Source: Chrysemys picta bellii
Lineage: Eukaryota
Direction: 5' to 3'
Assembly: GCF_011386835.1 (NCBI RefSeq)
Contig: NC_088797.1
Coordinates: 34,286,001 to 34,350,000, forward strand
DNA: 64,000 bases
This document shows, piece after piece, positions 24,811 to 35,395 of this stretch. The notes under the pieces are model-generated. The model had not been told where the DNA came from. It did no database searches and was given only the letters and a program-made list of their open reading frames with translations. The position numbers and the translations under genes were made by a program. Every line of letters starts with the position of its first letter. The first letter of the stretch is position 1.

Positions 24811-24839
24811 GTGTGCACCGGTCACTCACTCCGAGTGCA
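24811..24839 (-). promoter_or_regulatory. Two metal-response-element cores upstream of the ZnT1-like gene
   Basis: TGCACAC (24817-24811) and TGCACTCGG (24839-24831) match TGCRCNC, about 135-165 bp upstream of the ATG at 24974. Confidence 0.5.
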
Positions 24840-24973
24840 AACTCCTGGCGACAAGTGCAGAGCAGTGGGGGCAGGGACTGGAGCCCAGAGCCCAGATAGG
24901 GAGAAGGCTGCTGGGGCAGGGACAAGGCTGCCAGGAGAGTGGGTTGGGGTAGGGACAGGAGTCCAGAGGCTAG

Positions 24974-26633
24974 ATGGGGACAAGAGCCCATATGGGGGCA
25001 GGCACTGTTGGGGTAGGGATGGGGCCGCCCAGGCTGCCGATGCGGACAGGGCACCAGGGCTGGCTGGCAGGGCGAGGGCTGCGAGGGCACCAGGGCTGGC
25101 TAACTGCCCAGCTCTGTCTTGCCATCGGCCTGTTCCTGGCAGAGGTGGTGGCCAGTCGGGTCACAGGCTCCCTGCTGGCTCTCTCCTGCTCACTCCAGAC
25201 GCTGGGGATGGTGCTAGCGCTGGGGGTGGCTCTGCTGGATGGCCAGCTGGCCTGCGGAGCACACCCCGATTGCAGGAACACCTTCGGATGGGTGCGGGCC
25301 CGGGTGGCAGGGACCCTAGTGTGTGGCGTGTTCCTGACAGCACTGTGCCTGGCCCTGCTGCCCAGGGCACTGCACCGGGCAGGGCACCCCCAGGTGACAG
25401 AGCGGCCCCTGGCACTGGTGGGAGTCGGGGCTGCTGGGCTCCTCATTCATCTTGCCAGGGTGAGGCTGGATAGGCAGCACCATCCCGCTCGAGCAAAGAG
25501 TCCCCACAGCGGCCATGCCAGCACCAGCAGAGAGGGCGCAGCCACAGGCAGATATGCCCAGGAGACACAAGGTGAGTCCTGCTGGGGGGGAGGGGGCGTA
25601 CCGGGCTAGGCCTGTCTCTCAGCTAGAGGGGAGGGCTGAGCTGGGGGGTGGTACCAGGCCAGGCCTGCTGTGTCAGCGTGGGTTGAGATGTTTGGGGAGC
25701 GGTGTGGGGGGAAGGGGTACTGGGCCACTCCTTCAGCTTTGGGTGTCGGAGTTTGCTTAAGTAAGAATTGAGCCTGCCCTATGACTCCCATAGTCTTTGC
25801 TCCTTTGCCCCCCCCCGACCTTGCCCAGTGACCCTTGCCCCCAAGCTGTAGCATGACATGCTGCCCCCATACCATTTTCACACCTCTTCCTTCCCCCCTG
25901 CACAGACCTGCTGGGGAACAGGCAGCCTTGGCTAGAGGACGGGTGCTTGCCTGCAGAGGAGTCTGGTGCCTGGCTGGCTCTCTGCCTTCGCCTCCTGGCT
26001 GCCTCCCTGGGCCCTGCCACCGTGCTGCTATATTCACTTGCCTTCCACCTGCTGTGGCCCCCATGTGTGGAGCAAGTGGCCTGCCTGCCCCCCTGCACTG
26101 GGATGCCATGCTGGCCCCTGGGCGGCCCTGCGCCAGCCCTGGCAGAGCTGGGGCCCTGCTGGCTGCTGTACCTGGACCCTGGGCTGTGTGTGGTTGTGGT
26201 GCTGGCTTTGATCCTTTTGGGTGCCCCTTCCCTGCGGGGCTCTGCCTTGGTGCTGCTGCAGGCTGTGCCCGACCATCTGGACCTATGGCGACTTGAGTCG
26301 CATCTGAGGAGCACGGAGGGGGTGGCAGCCCTGCATGAGCTCCATGTCTGGCAGCTGGACAGTTCCTACAGCCTGGTGGCCACGGCCCATGTCTGGTGCC
26401 TTGACACTGCCTCCTACAAGGCTGTGGCCAGGAGGATCCAGCAGGTGTTCTGGGAGCATGGGATCCACGCAGCCACAGTGCAGCCCGAGTTCGGTGCACT
26501 TCAGGAACCGTGCTGCATGGCAGCAGGTGGGGGTGATGGCTGCATGGGGGGGGGTGAGGCCCCCAGGAAGAGGCACCCGTCACTCCCATTCTCCAGCCCC
26601 ACGGTGATCCTGGAGTACGAGACCACAGTGTGA
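24974..26633 (+). CDS. SLC30A1/ZnT1-like cation diffusion facilitator paralog, about 441 aa from the first ATG, with a degenerate transport site
   Basis: Exons 24974-25571 (AAG|GTGAGT, phase 1) and 25906-26633, open throughout. ZnT1-type motifs: EVVASRVTGSL, RNTFGWVRA, a Cys-rich loop ending GPCWLLYLDP, SALVLLQAVP, HELHVWQL, ATAH and HGIHAATVQPEF. AATAAA at 27107-27112. Several in-frame ATGs (24974-25040) make the start uncertain. Confidence 0.9.
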
Positions 26634-27188
26634 GCCATGGGAGCCACCTCTGAACCAGCACTTAAAAGGGACATGTCCTGGAGTGAGCGGGGGCCATGGC
26701 AGCCACTCCCCATGAAGCGTCTGCTCCCCACACTCCTCAGGCAGCTCGGGGAGTATAGAACTGTGCCAGCTCCCCCACCCCTCCGCCATGCCGCTGCTCT
26801 TTGCCTGCCCCAGGCCCATGTGAGATTCCTGGAGGGAGGAGCCGGGGCGTGTAGGGGAGCAGGGGGTGTTGGCAGCCCTGAAGACTGAGAATGAAGTGAG
26901 GAGCAGAAACCGGCCTCCAAGGATCAGCGGCACTATGGAGATTTGGAACCTACCGTGCTGTGAGACAGGGTTGCCCCTGGACTCAGCACTCAGGACAGGC
27001 CATGGCACAGGATGGGGCTCCCCACAGGACTCAGGGTCCCTACAGGATGTGCCGCAGGACGGGGCTGATGTGGGGTCTCTCCTTTTAGAGCACTGCATTC
27101 CCTGTAAATAAAGGGCATGGAGCTGCCTGCCAGGATGTTGCTCTTTATTGCTTGGCGACAGCCACAGGGGTTGGAGCGTCGGGGGGAG

Positions 27189-27236
27189 GTCAGGGACTGG
27201 CCTGGGCTGTGACTCCCTTTCGGCTGATCCCGTCAT
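27189..27236 (-). promoter_or_regulatory. SECIS element (type II-like) core in the 3'UTR of the selenoprotein gene
   Basis: The minus strand reads ATGAC GGGATCAGCCG AAA GGGAGTCACAGCCC AGGCCAGTCCC TGAC. This gives an AUGA/UGA core, helix II with 8/10 pairs, unpaired AAA and a GGG/CCC mini-stem. Helix I is less clear by eye. Confidence 0.85.
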
Positions 27237-27489
27237 GTGCTGGCCTGGAAACCACAGCACCCTGTGCGGAGAAAGGGGAGATGGGGCAGTGTCAGTTCCT
27301 GGCATGTTCCTCCCCCGACCCCACACAGCCAGGGGCGTGTCCTGTGACCCCACATGGGCTGGACTATATCCCTCAACCTCCCACAGAGCGCTGGCCCCAC
27401 CCACGCTGGGACATGACCCCCTAACCCACTGGGCTCCTAACCCCTCCAACAACCCCTCAGCCAGGGTTCTCTTACCCAATCCCTGCTCG

Positions 27490-29676
27490 CTACTGTTCCA
27501 GGACCTTGCTGATGCCTTCACAGATGCGCTGCACCTTGGCGTTACTGTCCACGTAGCCATCACCATTCTATGGGACCAGGGGACGGGTCAGTCTGTGCTG
27601 CCCATGATACCCTGCCCTTCTCCCCAGGACCCCCTAAAGCTGGGGATGTGTACCCCTACTCCGCCTCCCAAAACAGGGATGTGCCCCCTGCACAATGCCC
27701 CCAAGCACTCCCAGAACTGGGGATGTGCCTCCAGCACAGTGCCCCTGTCCAGCCCCCCCAGCTGAGGATGTGCCCCCAGCACACTGCCCCCCAGTGCCGA
27801 GGATGTGCCCCCTAGAACTCTCAAAGCCGAGGATGTGGCCTCCGCAGAGTGCCCCCCAGAGCCCTCAAAGCCAAGGATGTGCCCCCTGCAGAGTGCCCCC
27901 CAGAGCCGGGGATGTGTCCCCAGCACAGTACCCCTCAGCAGCCCCAGCCGGGAGGTACCAACACACAGTGCCTGCTGGGTACTCACGATCTTGGAGTGCA
28001 GGACCTGGCCACTGTCAGGGAGAAGAATCTCGAAGGCCCCAGAGCCGGGGGCCATTTCCCCTGTCTGGAGAGAGAGCGAGTGTGGGGTGAGCAGGTTGGG
28101 GGAAGCGTGGGGACTGAACACCAGAGCGGTGGGCCCAATGGAGAGCTGTTCCAGAGTGGGGGTGAAACCTTGAGGAGCCATGGGGCATGTGATCCCCACA
28201 CAAATCTGGGGGATGCCCTTGGGGGCTCAGGTGAGCAGAGTGGGGCTCCCTACTCTAACCCTGCCCTGCTGGTGCTGGAACAGCTCCCAACCCTGATTCC
28301 CTGTCCCACCAAACCCAGGCCCCCCGCCCCTCCTGCACCTGGTCCCCAAGCCCCAGCCTGACCCCAGTCACTCACAATCTCCAACTGATTTGGGAAGCGT
28401 TTTTCTAGGAACTCCTGCAGCTGCAGGAACTAGGGGGAGCAGAAAGAGAGATGGGGGGGAAGGTCAATGACTTGGAGTGGGGGAGGGCCCTACCACTGCT
28501 CCCCTTTCCCCAGCCCCAGGGAGCCTGTTAGGCCCACAAATCCCCCCTGCGCCCTACCCTTTGGTATCCCCTGGGCACCTCACTCCTTAGAGAAGGAGAC
28601 ACCACCAGCCATCGGGCCCAGCTCCTTCTGCAGGAGGGACCCTGGGGGCGGGTCCCTAGGGGGAAGGGCTGGGAACCCCAAGGAACCGTTCCCCACATAT
28701 GAAGGCATGAAGGCACAGTGAAAGCCAGGGGCACATGGGGGCATTGGGAGGGCACACAGGTGGAATGGGGGGCACACAAGCTGTGTCTCTCACAGTGGGG
28801 GTGGAGGACACATGTGGGGGGAGGCTCTTTACTCACCCGGCTTCTGTATCCTCAGCTGCCACTACAAGGGAAACAGAGCCCAGCATCAGTGTGGAGCGGC
28901 CCCATGCTGAAAGGGAACCAGTGTGGGCAGGAAGGCTGGAGTTTGGGCAGAGACCCAGTGCCAGGGGTGTCAGAATTGTGAGGGTGAGAAGGGAGGCTGA
29001 GGCAGGGACCCAGTGCCTAGGGTGGGCTGTGCCCTTAGGGGGGCAGTTGTGGGTAGGAGGTGCCCAAGGAAGGGGCAGTCCTAGGTAAGGGGTGCCCATG
29101 GGGATGCAGAGCTGTATGGGGTGTGCCCATGGGGGCAGTGCTGGGTGAGGAGTACCCATGGGGAGGTGTAGCTGGGCGAGGGGTGCCCAGGGGGGGTGGA
29201 GCTGTATGGGGTGTGCCCATGGGGGCATTGCTGGGTGAGGGGTGCCCATGGGGGGTGGAGCTGTATGGGGTGTGCCCATGGGGGCATTGCTGGATGAGGA
29301 GTACCCATGGGGCGTGTAGCTGGGTGAGGGGTGCCCACAGGGGTGGAGCTATATGGGGTATGCCAATGGGGGGTGTAGCTGGGTGAGGGGTTCCCTGGGG
29401 GGCAATGCTGGGTGAGGAGTGCCCATGGGGGTGGAGCTGGGTGAGGGGTCCCCATGGGGGTGGAGTTGTATGGGGTGTGCCTATGGGGGTGGAGCTGGGT
29501 GAGGGGTGCCCATGGGGGCCAGAGCTGGGTGAGGGGTGCCCTTGGGCGGCAATGCTGGGTGAGGAATGCCCATGGGGCGGTGCTGGGTGGGGGGTGCCCT
29601 GGGTAGGGGGTACCGGTGGGGGTATCTCTGCCACTTACCAGAAGATGATCCGCACTGGGAGGCATGAGGCAGCCAT
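27490..29676 (-). CDS. Selenoprotein W-like (Rdx family), 90 aa, Sec at TGA 28854-28852
   Basis: Exons 29676-29639, 28861-28837, 28429-28376, 28064-27987 and 27567-27490 (38/25/54/78/78 nt, all GT-AG, phases consistent). Protein: MAASCLPVRIIFCGSUGYRSRFLQLQEFLEKRFPNQLEITGEMAPGSGAFEILLPDSGQVLHSKINGDGYVDSNAKVQRICEGISKVLEQ*. Kozak context ACCATGG; SECIS present; AATAAA(-) at 27144-27149. Confidence 0.92.
27640..27950. repeat. Minisatellite (GGATGTGCCCC-anchored, about 30-45 bp units) in the last intron of the selenoprotein gene
   Basis: Recurring GGATGTGCCCC...GTGCCCCC units. Confidence 0.8.
29085..29625. repeat. G-rich minisatellite (about 28-30 bp units) in the first coding intron of the selenoprotein gene
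   Basis: Recurring GCTGGGTGAGGGGTGCCCATGGGGG-like units; source of many spurious His/Pro-rich ORFs. Confidence 0.9.
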
Positions 29677-29896
29677 GGTGATGCCGGACCCAGCAGGAGA
29701 AGGGGGGATAACAGCTCGGAACCAGCCTGGACCAGAGCAGCCCATTCATCCTGCCACGGGGGAAATGTGACCCCAAGGGCAGCTTCCCCACCAGGAACCA
29801 ACTCCTCCCCCCAGCCTCCCAGCAGCCTTTGCCAGGGCTTGGGGCCAGGGGAATTGGGAGGGGGGCGTCTCAGGTGAAAGCCCCTACTCCATCTGG

Positions 29897-29941
29897 ATTG
29901 GTCTGGGCCAGGTCTGTGGGGCGTCCCAGTTGCTAGGCAAC
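29897..29941. promoter_or_regulatory. CCAAT box and RFX X-box upstream of the selenoprotein gene
   Basis: ATTGG at 29897-29901 (CCAAT on -) and the near-palindrome GTTGCTAGGCAAC at 29929-29941, about 220-265 bp upstream of the ATG. Confidence 0.55.
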
Positions 29942-31921
29942 CTCCTGAAAATTCTGTGTGGGGGCAATGCCCATAGGCCCTGTCCCCTGTACCTCTCACA
30001 ACCCTGCCCTTTACCCCTGCCCTCCATGCCAGATTGCACCCCTCCCCTCAGGTCCCACCCCCAGCATCCCTCCCCACAACCTGCCCCCCTCCCATGCTCC
30101 CTCATCCCCTTTTGCTCCCCCTTTGCCAGCTATTTCCCCTGTATCCTGCTCCCACTGCCCCGCCCAGGCCCTGCTCCATTTCCCAGCCTCTAGCATCTGC
30201 GCGGGGCTAACCCCGCAACTCTTGCAGAATATCTTGTGGGGATCCTGAGTGACCCCATGTGCAGGGGAGTGGAGGGAGAGGGTAGGGGTTGTCACAGCCT
30301 GTCCTTCCCCCTGCCCCTCCTCTGAATGGACACCTGGCCATTGTGAGGGGACCCAGCTGCCAAGCCCCCTGGGTCTGGGTTGAGCCAGGTCACTGTTCCC
30401 AGCCCTGGATCTCTAAGTGCCCTCCCAAGTGCAGCCCCCAGGTCTGAGCTCTTCCTAGGGCTATGGAGACCCCACAGTCTAGCTGCCTTACACCTTGGAA
30501 CCAGCACCCCAGCCTGCCAAAGCCCCTTGTGCTTGGACAGTCTCCCAGGCCACACGTTCTCCAGACACATCTCCCCAGAGGTCCCTGGGCCGCAGGTGCT
30601 CCAGACACATCTCCTTGCAGTCCTCTGGGCCACAGGTGCTCCGGACACATCTCCCCACTTTTGACCTGAGTGGTTGGTCAAAGCCCAGGGCCCTGGGGGT
30701 GATTCTAGCTGGGAGGAGCCTGGACGATGGAGTCTGGGCCCTTTGGTACAATCCTGTGTATTTACAGGGAATGTACAAAGTCCTGTTCCCCCCAACACAG
30801 GCGGCACCAAACACCAGGAGGCAGTGTCCTTGCTCACAGCCCCAGACAGAGCCGCCCCCCAAAGCACTCTAGGTTTGCTCCTGGCTTGTGCTGCCAGCTG
30901 CTTCTTCAGACTGTGTCTGACTCTTGTTTTGACCTGGTTCGCTCTCACCCAAATACCCTGGAGAGCCCTCTGCCCATAGGCCAAATTCCCTGGCGGGCTG
31001 GCATACCCCTTGGCTAAGGTGGGGCTGCCTAGCTGTCTCTTACAGCACTCATCAATGAGGAGTGGCAGTCACAACAGTTTAAGGAGATTTAACCCAGCCC
31101 GCAACAGAACAGGGGCTTGGCCTAGGCATTTCTGAACCACAGGCACATTGCTCTTAACCAAACCACCTAGAGATCCATACTGAGTCAATGACACAACACA
31201 GAGCCCTGACTGCAGCTCCCCGCCCCAGGATGATCTCACCCATCCTGGGAGGTCTAAGTATGTCCAGCATCCTTAAGCCATACCACCCTGCCTCCTCCTA
31301 GCCTTACCGCCAGGCACTGAACGATGGACTGGCCTCACTTAGGGAAGCCCCCCCTTTTAAAATAATCTTGGACCCTCCTTTTCCCATGTGCTTCTGTTGG
31401 GGGAGATGCAGGCTCCAGATGCTTCTGTGGAGAGGGTCAGTCCAAGGTAATGGCCCTAGGGTAGCAAAGGCACTCCCAGCAGGGGAAAGCCAGTCTGTCT
31501 TGTTGCCATCAAGTGATCAAGACACATGCCATAGTCTTTCTATTAGGTGTCCTGCCCCCACCGCACAATGGACGCGCCAATTAACTATGGACATGAAACA
31601 TAACATGAAAGTCACACTCCTCCGGGAAGGTCCCGATACGCAATGGTGCATTCACAGACCCAGGAGGAGGTCACACCGGGATATAGACATTTCTCCCACT
31701 CTGCCACAGGAAGTATCATGAATTTACACCTAGGGCTGAGATGGGAGCCAGGACTCCTGGGTTGTATCCCCAGCTCTGAGAGAGGAGGTGGGTCTAGCAA
31801 ACGTCATCAGGGCAGGCTGGGAGCCTGGACTCCAGGTTCTTTTCCCAGGTGTGCCCCTGTTTTGTGTCTGTCTTTCATGACTATAATATTCTCTGAGCTC
31901 TCCAGGCAAAGGGAAGAATGA

Positions 31922-31968
31922 GTGAGTGAGAGAGAGAGAGAGAGAATGTGTGTGTGTGTGTGTGTGTG
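31922..31968. repeat. (GA)n(GT)n microsatellite
   Basis: Read directly from the sequence. Confidence 0.9.
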
Positions 31969-32679
31969 GTGCCAAGTTCTCTCCCCACACCCATAGTCAC
32001 TGCCCTGGAGAGTGGGCCAGGCTGGGGGTCCCATGGCCAAGGAGTGGGGTACCTGAGGCTCAGTGTCTGGGGCCTCGGGACGGACAGCCCCTTCAACCAG
32101 GCTTCAGGGCCAAGCGGTTGGGGGTTCCCATCTCAGTATGGGACACAGCTACCCAGGGGTGGGGGAACTGATCTGTATTGTGGGGGCAGGGTGGATTGTT
32201 GCCCTAAATGCCATGAAGCACCTTCCCCAGGGCAGGCCCGTCATGGAAACAGGCTGGGGCTCATGCTTCCCCCTCCCGCCCCATCATGGCTTTTCCTGTC
32301 CCATCCTCTGCTCTGCTTCAGCTGGCCCCTTTCTTTTCCTTCCCTTCCCACGGCCCCTCCTGACACTACTCCCCCCACTACCTCATGGCTCAGCTAAACT
32401 GTCCCCTCCCATGCCTGCTGGGACAGAGCCGGTGGCCTTGGCCCAGGGCCCAGGGCAACATGGGGAGGTATGTAGGTCAGACAGGAAACTCTCCAAGCAG
32501 GGAATGAAAGAGGCTTTGTCCTGTCCTCCCCCCTTCCAGCCCCAGTCACAGTGGTGCCACCCTTAACCCTCTGTGCACTAGGCTGCAGCCAGCATTGCAC
32601 GGCACCAAGAAGCACACAGCATGTGTCCGGATAGGCCCGGGGCAAATGCACATGCATGGAGGGGGAAGGGGTTACAAAG

Positions 32680-33185
32680 AGTGTGTCTTTGTGTGTGATG
32701 TGGTGTTTGTGTGGAGGGGCGGGGTGTGTGTTACAGTGAATATACGTGTCTGTGTGAGTCTGACAGTGAGTGTGGGTGACGTGTATAACATGGTGTGTGT
32801 GTTTTTCTGTGACCATGTGGATCGGTGTGTGATATGTCAGTGTGAGTGTGTGGTACAGTGAGCGTGTTCCAGTGAGTCTGTTGTGTGTGTTTGGTATGTG
32901 TGTGACATGGAGTGTGTGTGTGGTACAGTAAGTGTGTGTAAATGTGTGTGTTATAGTGATTGTGTGTTACAGCGAGTGTCAATGAATGTGAGAGTGTTCC
33001 AGTGAGTGAATGTGTGTGTGTCAATGAGCATGTTTCAGTGTATGTGTGGGGGTGTTATAGTGAGCATATGTTGGTGTGTGGTGTGCATTTATGTTACAGT
33101 GAGTGTCAACGAGTGTGCGTTACAGTGAGTGCGTCAGTGAGCGTATTATGTGTTGCAGTGTATGTGTGTTGGTGCATGTGTGAGC
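32680..33185. repeat. Degenerate TG-rich low-complexity tract
   Basis: About 500 bp of interrupted (TG)n. Confidence 0.85.
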
Positions 33186-34243
33186 ATCAGACCCAAGGTG
33201 TTCACAGCTTTCAAGGCAGATGATTGTCCCAAAACTCTAAGCTCTTTGTAATCAGGCGCCGCCTGGGAAATCACTGCACCCTCAAAGCGCCTGAGTGCCC
33301 AGCAGCGAGAGCCCCAGACACACACACTCCTACCTGGCCCTTCCCCCAGAGTGCCCTAATGCAGAGGGGCAGGTCCTGAGCTCACGGCCCAGCCTGAGCA
33401 CTCACACCCCCATGGCAGGGGAGTGCTGGGCTCAGTGTCTGTGAGTGAGTGTCAGGGCGGTGCTGGGAAACCATGCCAGCTCGGGGGGTGCTTAGCGTCT
33501 GGCATGTGAGTGACTCAGGACCGGCTTCTGAAAGTGCCCACCATTGACACCTGGCTTCCACAGCACTGCAGCCAGCGTGGTGAGAGCATGGAAAACCTGG
33601 CCTGGCAGCGAGCGTGTGAGAGAGAGTGTGTGTGTGTGACACTGTCTGTCGGCGAGGGGCTGGACGGGAAGGGGCTGGGGTTTGGCCCCCTTAGCACATG
33701 CTGTGTGTGCATGTCTGTGCGTGTGGCATTCGCAGTGCCTGGGTCTGGATGTCATTCCAAGTATCTGCATGTTTCTCTGTGTGTGCCATTCTCTGTGCAC
33801 ACGTTACTCCACATGCCTGCATGTCTGTGTGAACAAGTGCCAGGAAGGGAAGTGACTGCAATTTGGCCCGTTATTACACTGCGTCCCATACCAGTGGGTT
33901 CCTGTGCCAGGGGACGGTGATGTCTCCCCAGATTACACAACTTGCAGCATGAATGGCTGCGTCACAACAATACAGGAGCAACGCCTTCCCCTACTGCCCC
34001 ATCTCAGTGTCAATCAACGCACAGGGGTCCCTCTGGCTTCAGCACAGCTGGGGTCAGGACACACACATAGGAGGGCTGGACTAGACAGAAGCATCTCCCC
34101 ACCTCCATGCCCAACCAGGCCCCTTGGCACTGGGTGCCCAGCCCTGAATGCGGACGGTATCAAATCCATGCATTCAGCCCTGCTGGCAGGCACAGTGAGG
34201 GTGAGCTCTGCCCCAACTCCTCCTTCCCACCTGCGCCTGGGAC

Positions 34244-34367
34244 TAGGGTGACCAGTTGTCCCGATTTTATAGGGACAGTCCCGATTTTGGGGTCTTTTTC
34301 TTATAAAGGCTCCTATTACCCCACACCTGCTGTCCCGATTTTTCACATTTTCTGTATGGTCACCCTA
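34244..34367 (-). mobile_element. hAT (Blackjack/MER81-like) MITE
   Basis: TIRs TAGGGTGACCA...TGGTCACCCTA; perfect 8-bp TSD CCTGGGAC at 34236-34243 and 34368-34375. Confidence 0.9.
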
Positions 34368-35160
34368 CCTGGGACCTGCAGAACATCCCCCAACACGCAC
34401 CATCTGTCCTGGGCTGCCCCTCACATACCTGGGCACCACGGCTTCCCCAGCAGTCAGCATACAGAGCTGGGCCGTTCCTCAAGAACCCCCAGAGCGAGGA
34501 GGGCGGGGGCTGCTCCTCATTCCCATTGCCTTCTGCGCTGGGGCCCTCTCACACACATCTGGGATGGATCATGTTTTCCAGGCAGTGGTTCAAGGGTGAC
34601 ACTGCTGGGTGCGGCTGTGAGCGCAAACCCCAGCAGAGCTGGGTCCAGACAGACTGTCCAGGAAGTGGGGGGAAGAGCCCCGCTGGGGGGTACCATGATG
34701 ATTCACTGTTCCATGCAACCGAGAGGAGCTGAAGGAGACGAGGGACAAACCTGCGGCCAGGACATTGCTTCTGGGCTTTATTCAACACAAACAAGTTCAC
34801 ATTGCCAGCAGCACAGAACACCCCCAGCCTCCCCACCTCGGCGACCAGCCCTCTGCCATGGCTCCTCCCCCCACCGCGCCATCCCAGCTATGCGGGGGGA
34901 AGGTGGTCCCAAGGTGCAGTCCCGAGGCCAGACATGCAACAGCAACTGGGGTGACCTCCCCCCACAACAAGCAGGGGGAGCCCCAGGCAACTCCCCCACC
35001 CACTGGAGCCAACACAGGTGGTCTGGTGCAGGATGGACTCATTACTCAGAATGATTCATACTGGTTGTCAAAGGCCTCTGCCTATAGGTCCCTCTGCCCC
35101 TCCCCCACCCCTTGGGGCCTCCCCACAGCCCTTGATGCTTCAGGACCCCCCACCTTTCAC

Positions 35161-35193
35161 TATATAAATAAATAAATAACTAAATAAATAAAT
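35161..35193 (-). promoter_or_regulatory. Candidate AU-rich element in the LRRN4CL 3'UTR
   Basis: The minus strand reads ATTTATTTATTTAGTTATTTATTTATTTA, between the stop (35396) and AATAAA(-) at 34777-34782. Confidence 0.45.
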
Positions 35194-35395
35194 GGGGGGG
35201 GGCATCAGGACCTGAGTGGCCTCACCCCATGTGGAGTGGGGGAGGGCATCATGCTCTGGCTCGGTCAGGTGCTGTCCCCCACTAACTCCACTTCTCCACC
35301 AGCCCTGGTCCCCACTGCACTGGACAGTCCATGGGGGCTGACTCCGATCCAGGCCAGCAGTGTATGTGTCTGGGTGCTGGAGGGTTCAGGTGCCC

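Noticed and set aside
25606-27566. Long antisense ORFs (351 aa and 328 aa)
   Set aside because: GC-rich shadow frames of the ZnT1-like gene and its UTRs, with no motifs.
29035-29791. His/Pro-rich ORFs suggesting a metal-binding protein
   Set aside because: Translation of an intronic minisatellite, open in several frames on both strands.
30035-30041. Single MRE core TGCACCC upstream of the selenoprotein gene
   Set aside because: One 7-mer in GC-rich DNA is expected by chance.
30190-30984. Exon-like HLRGANPATLAEYLVGIL segment and the 230-aa ORF 30292..30984
   Set aside because: No recognisable homology and no consistent splice partners.
34107-35054. 315-aa ORF
   Set aside because: It runs through a hAT MITE and antisense to the LRRN4CL 3'UTR, with no domain signature.
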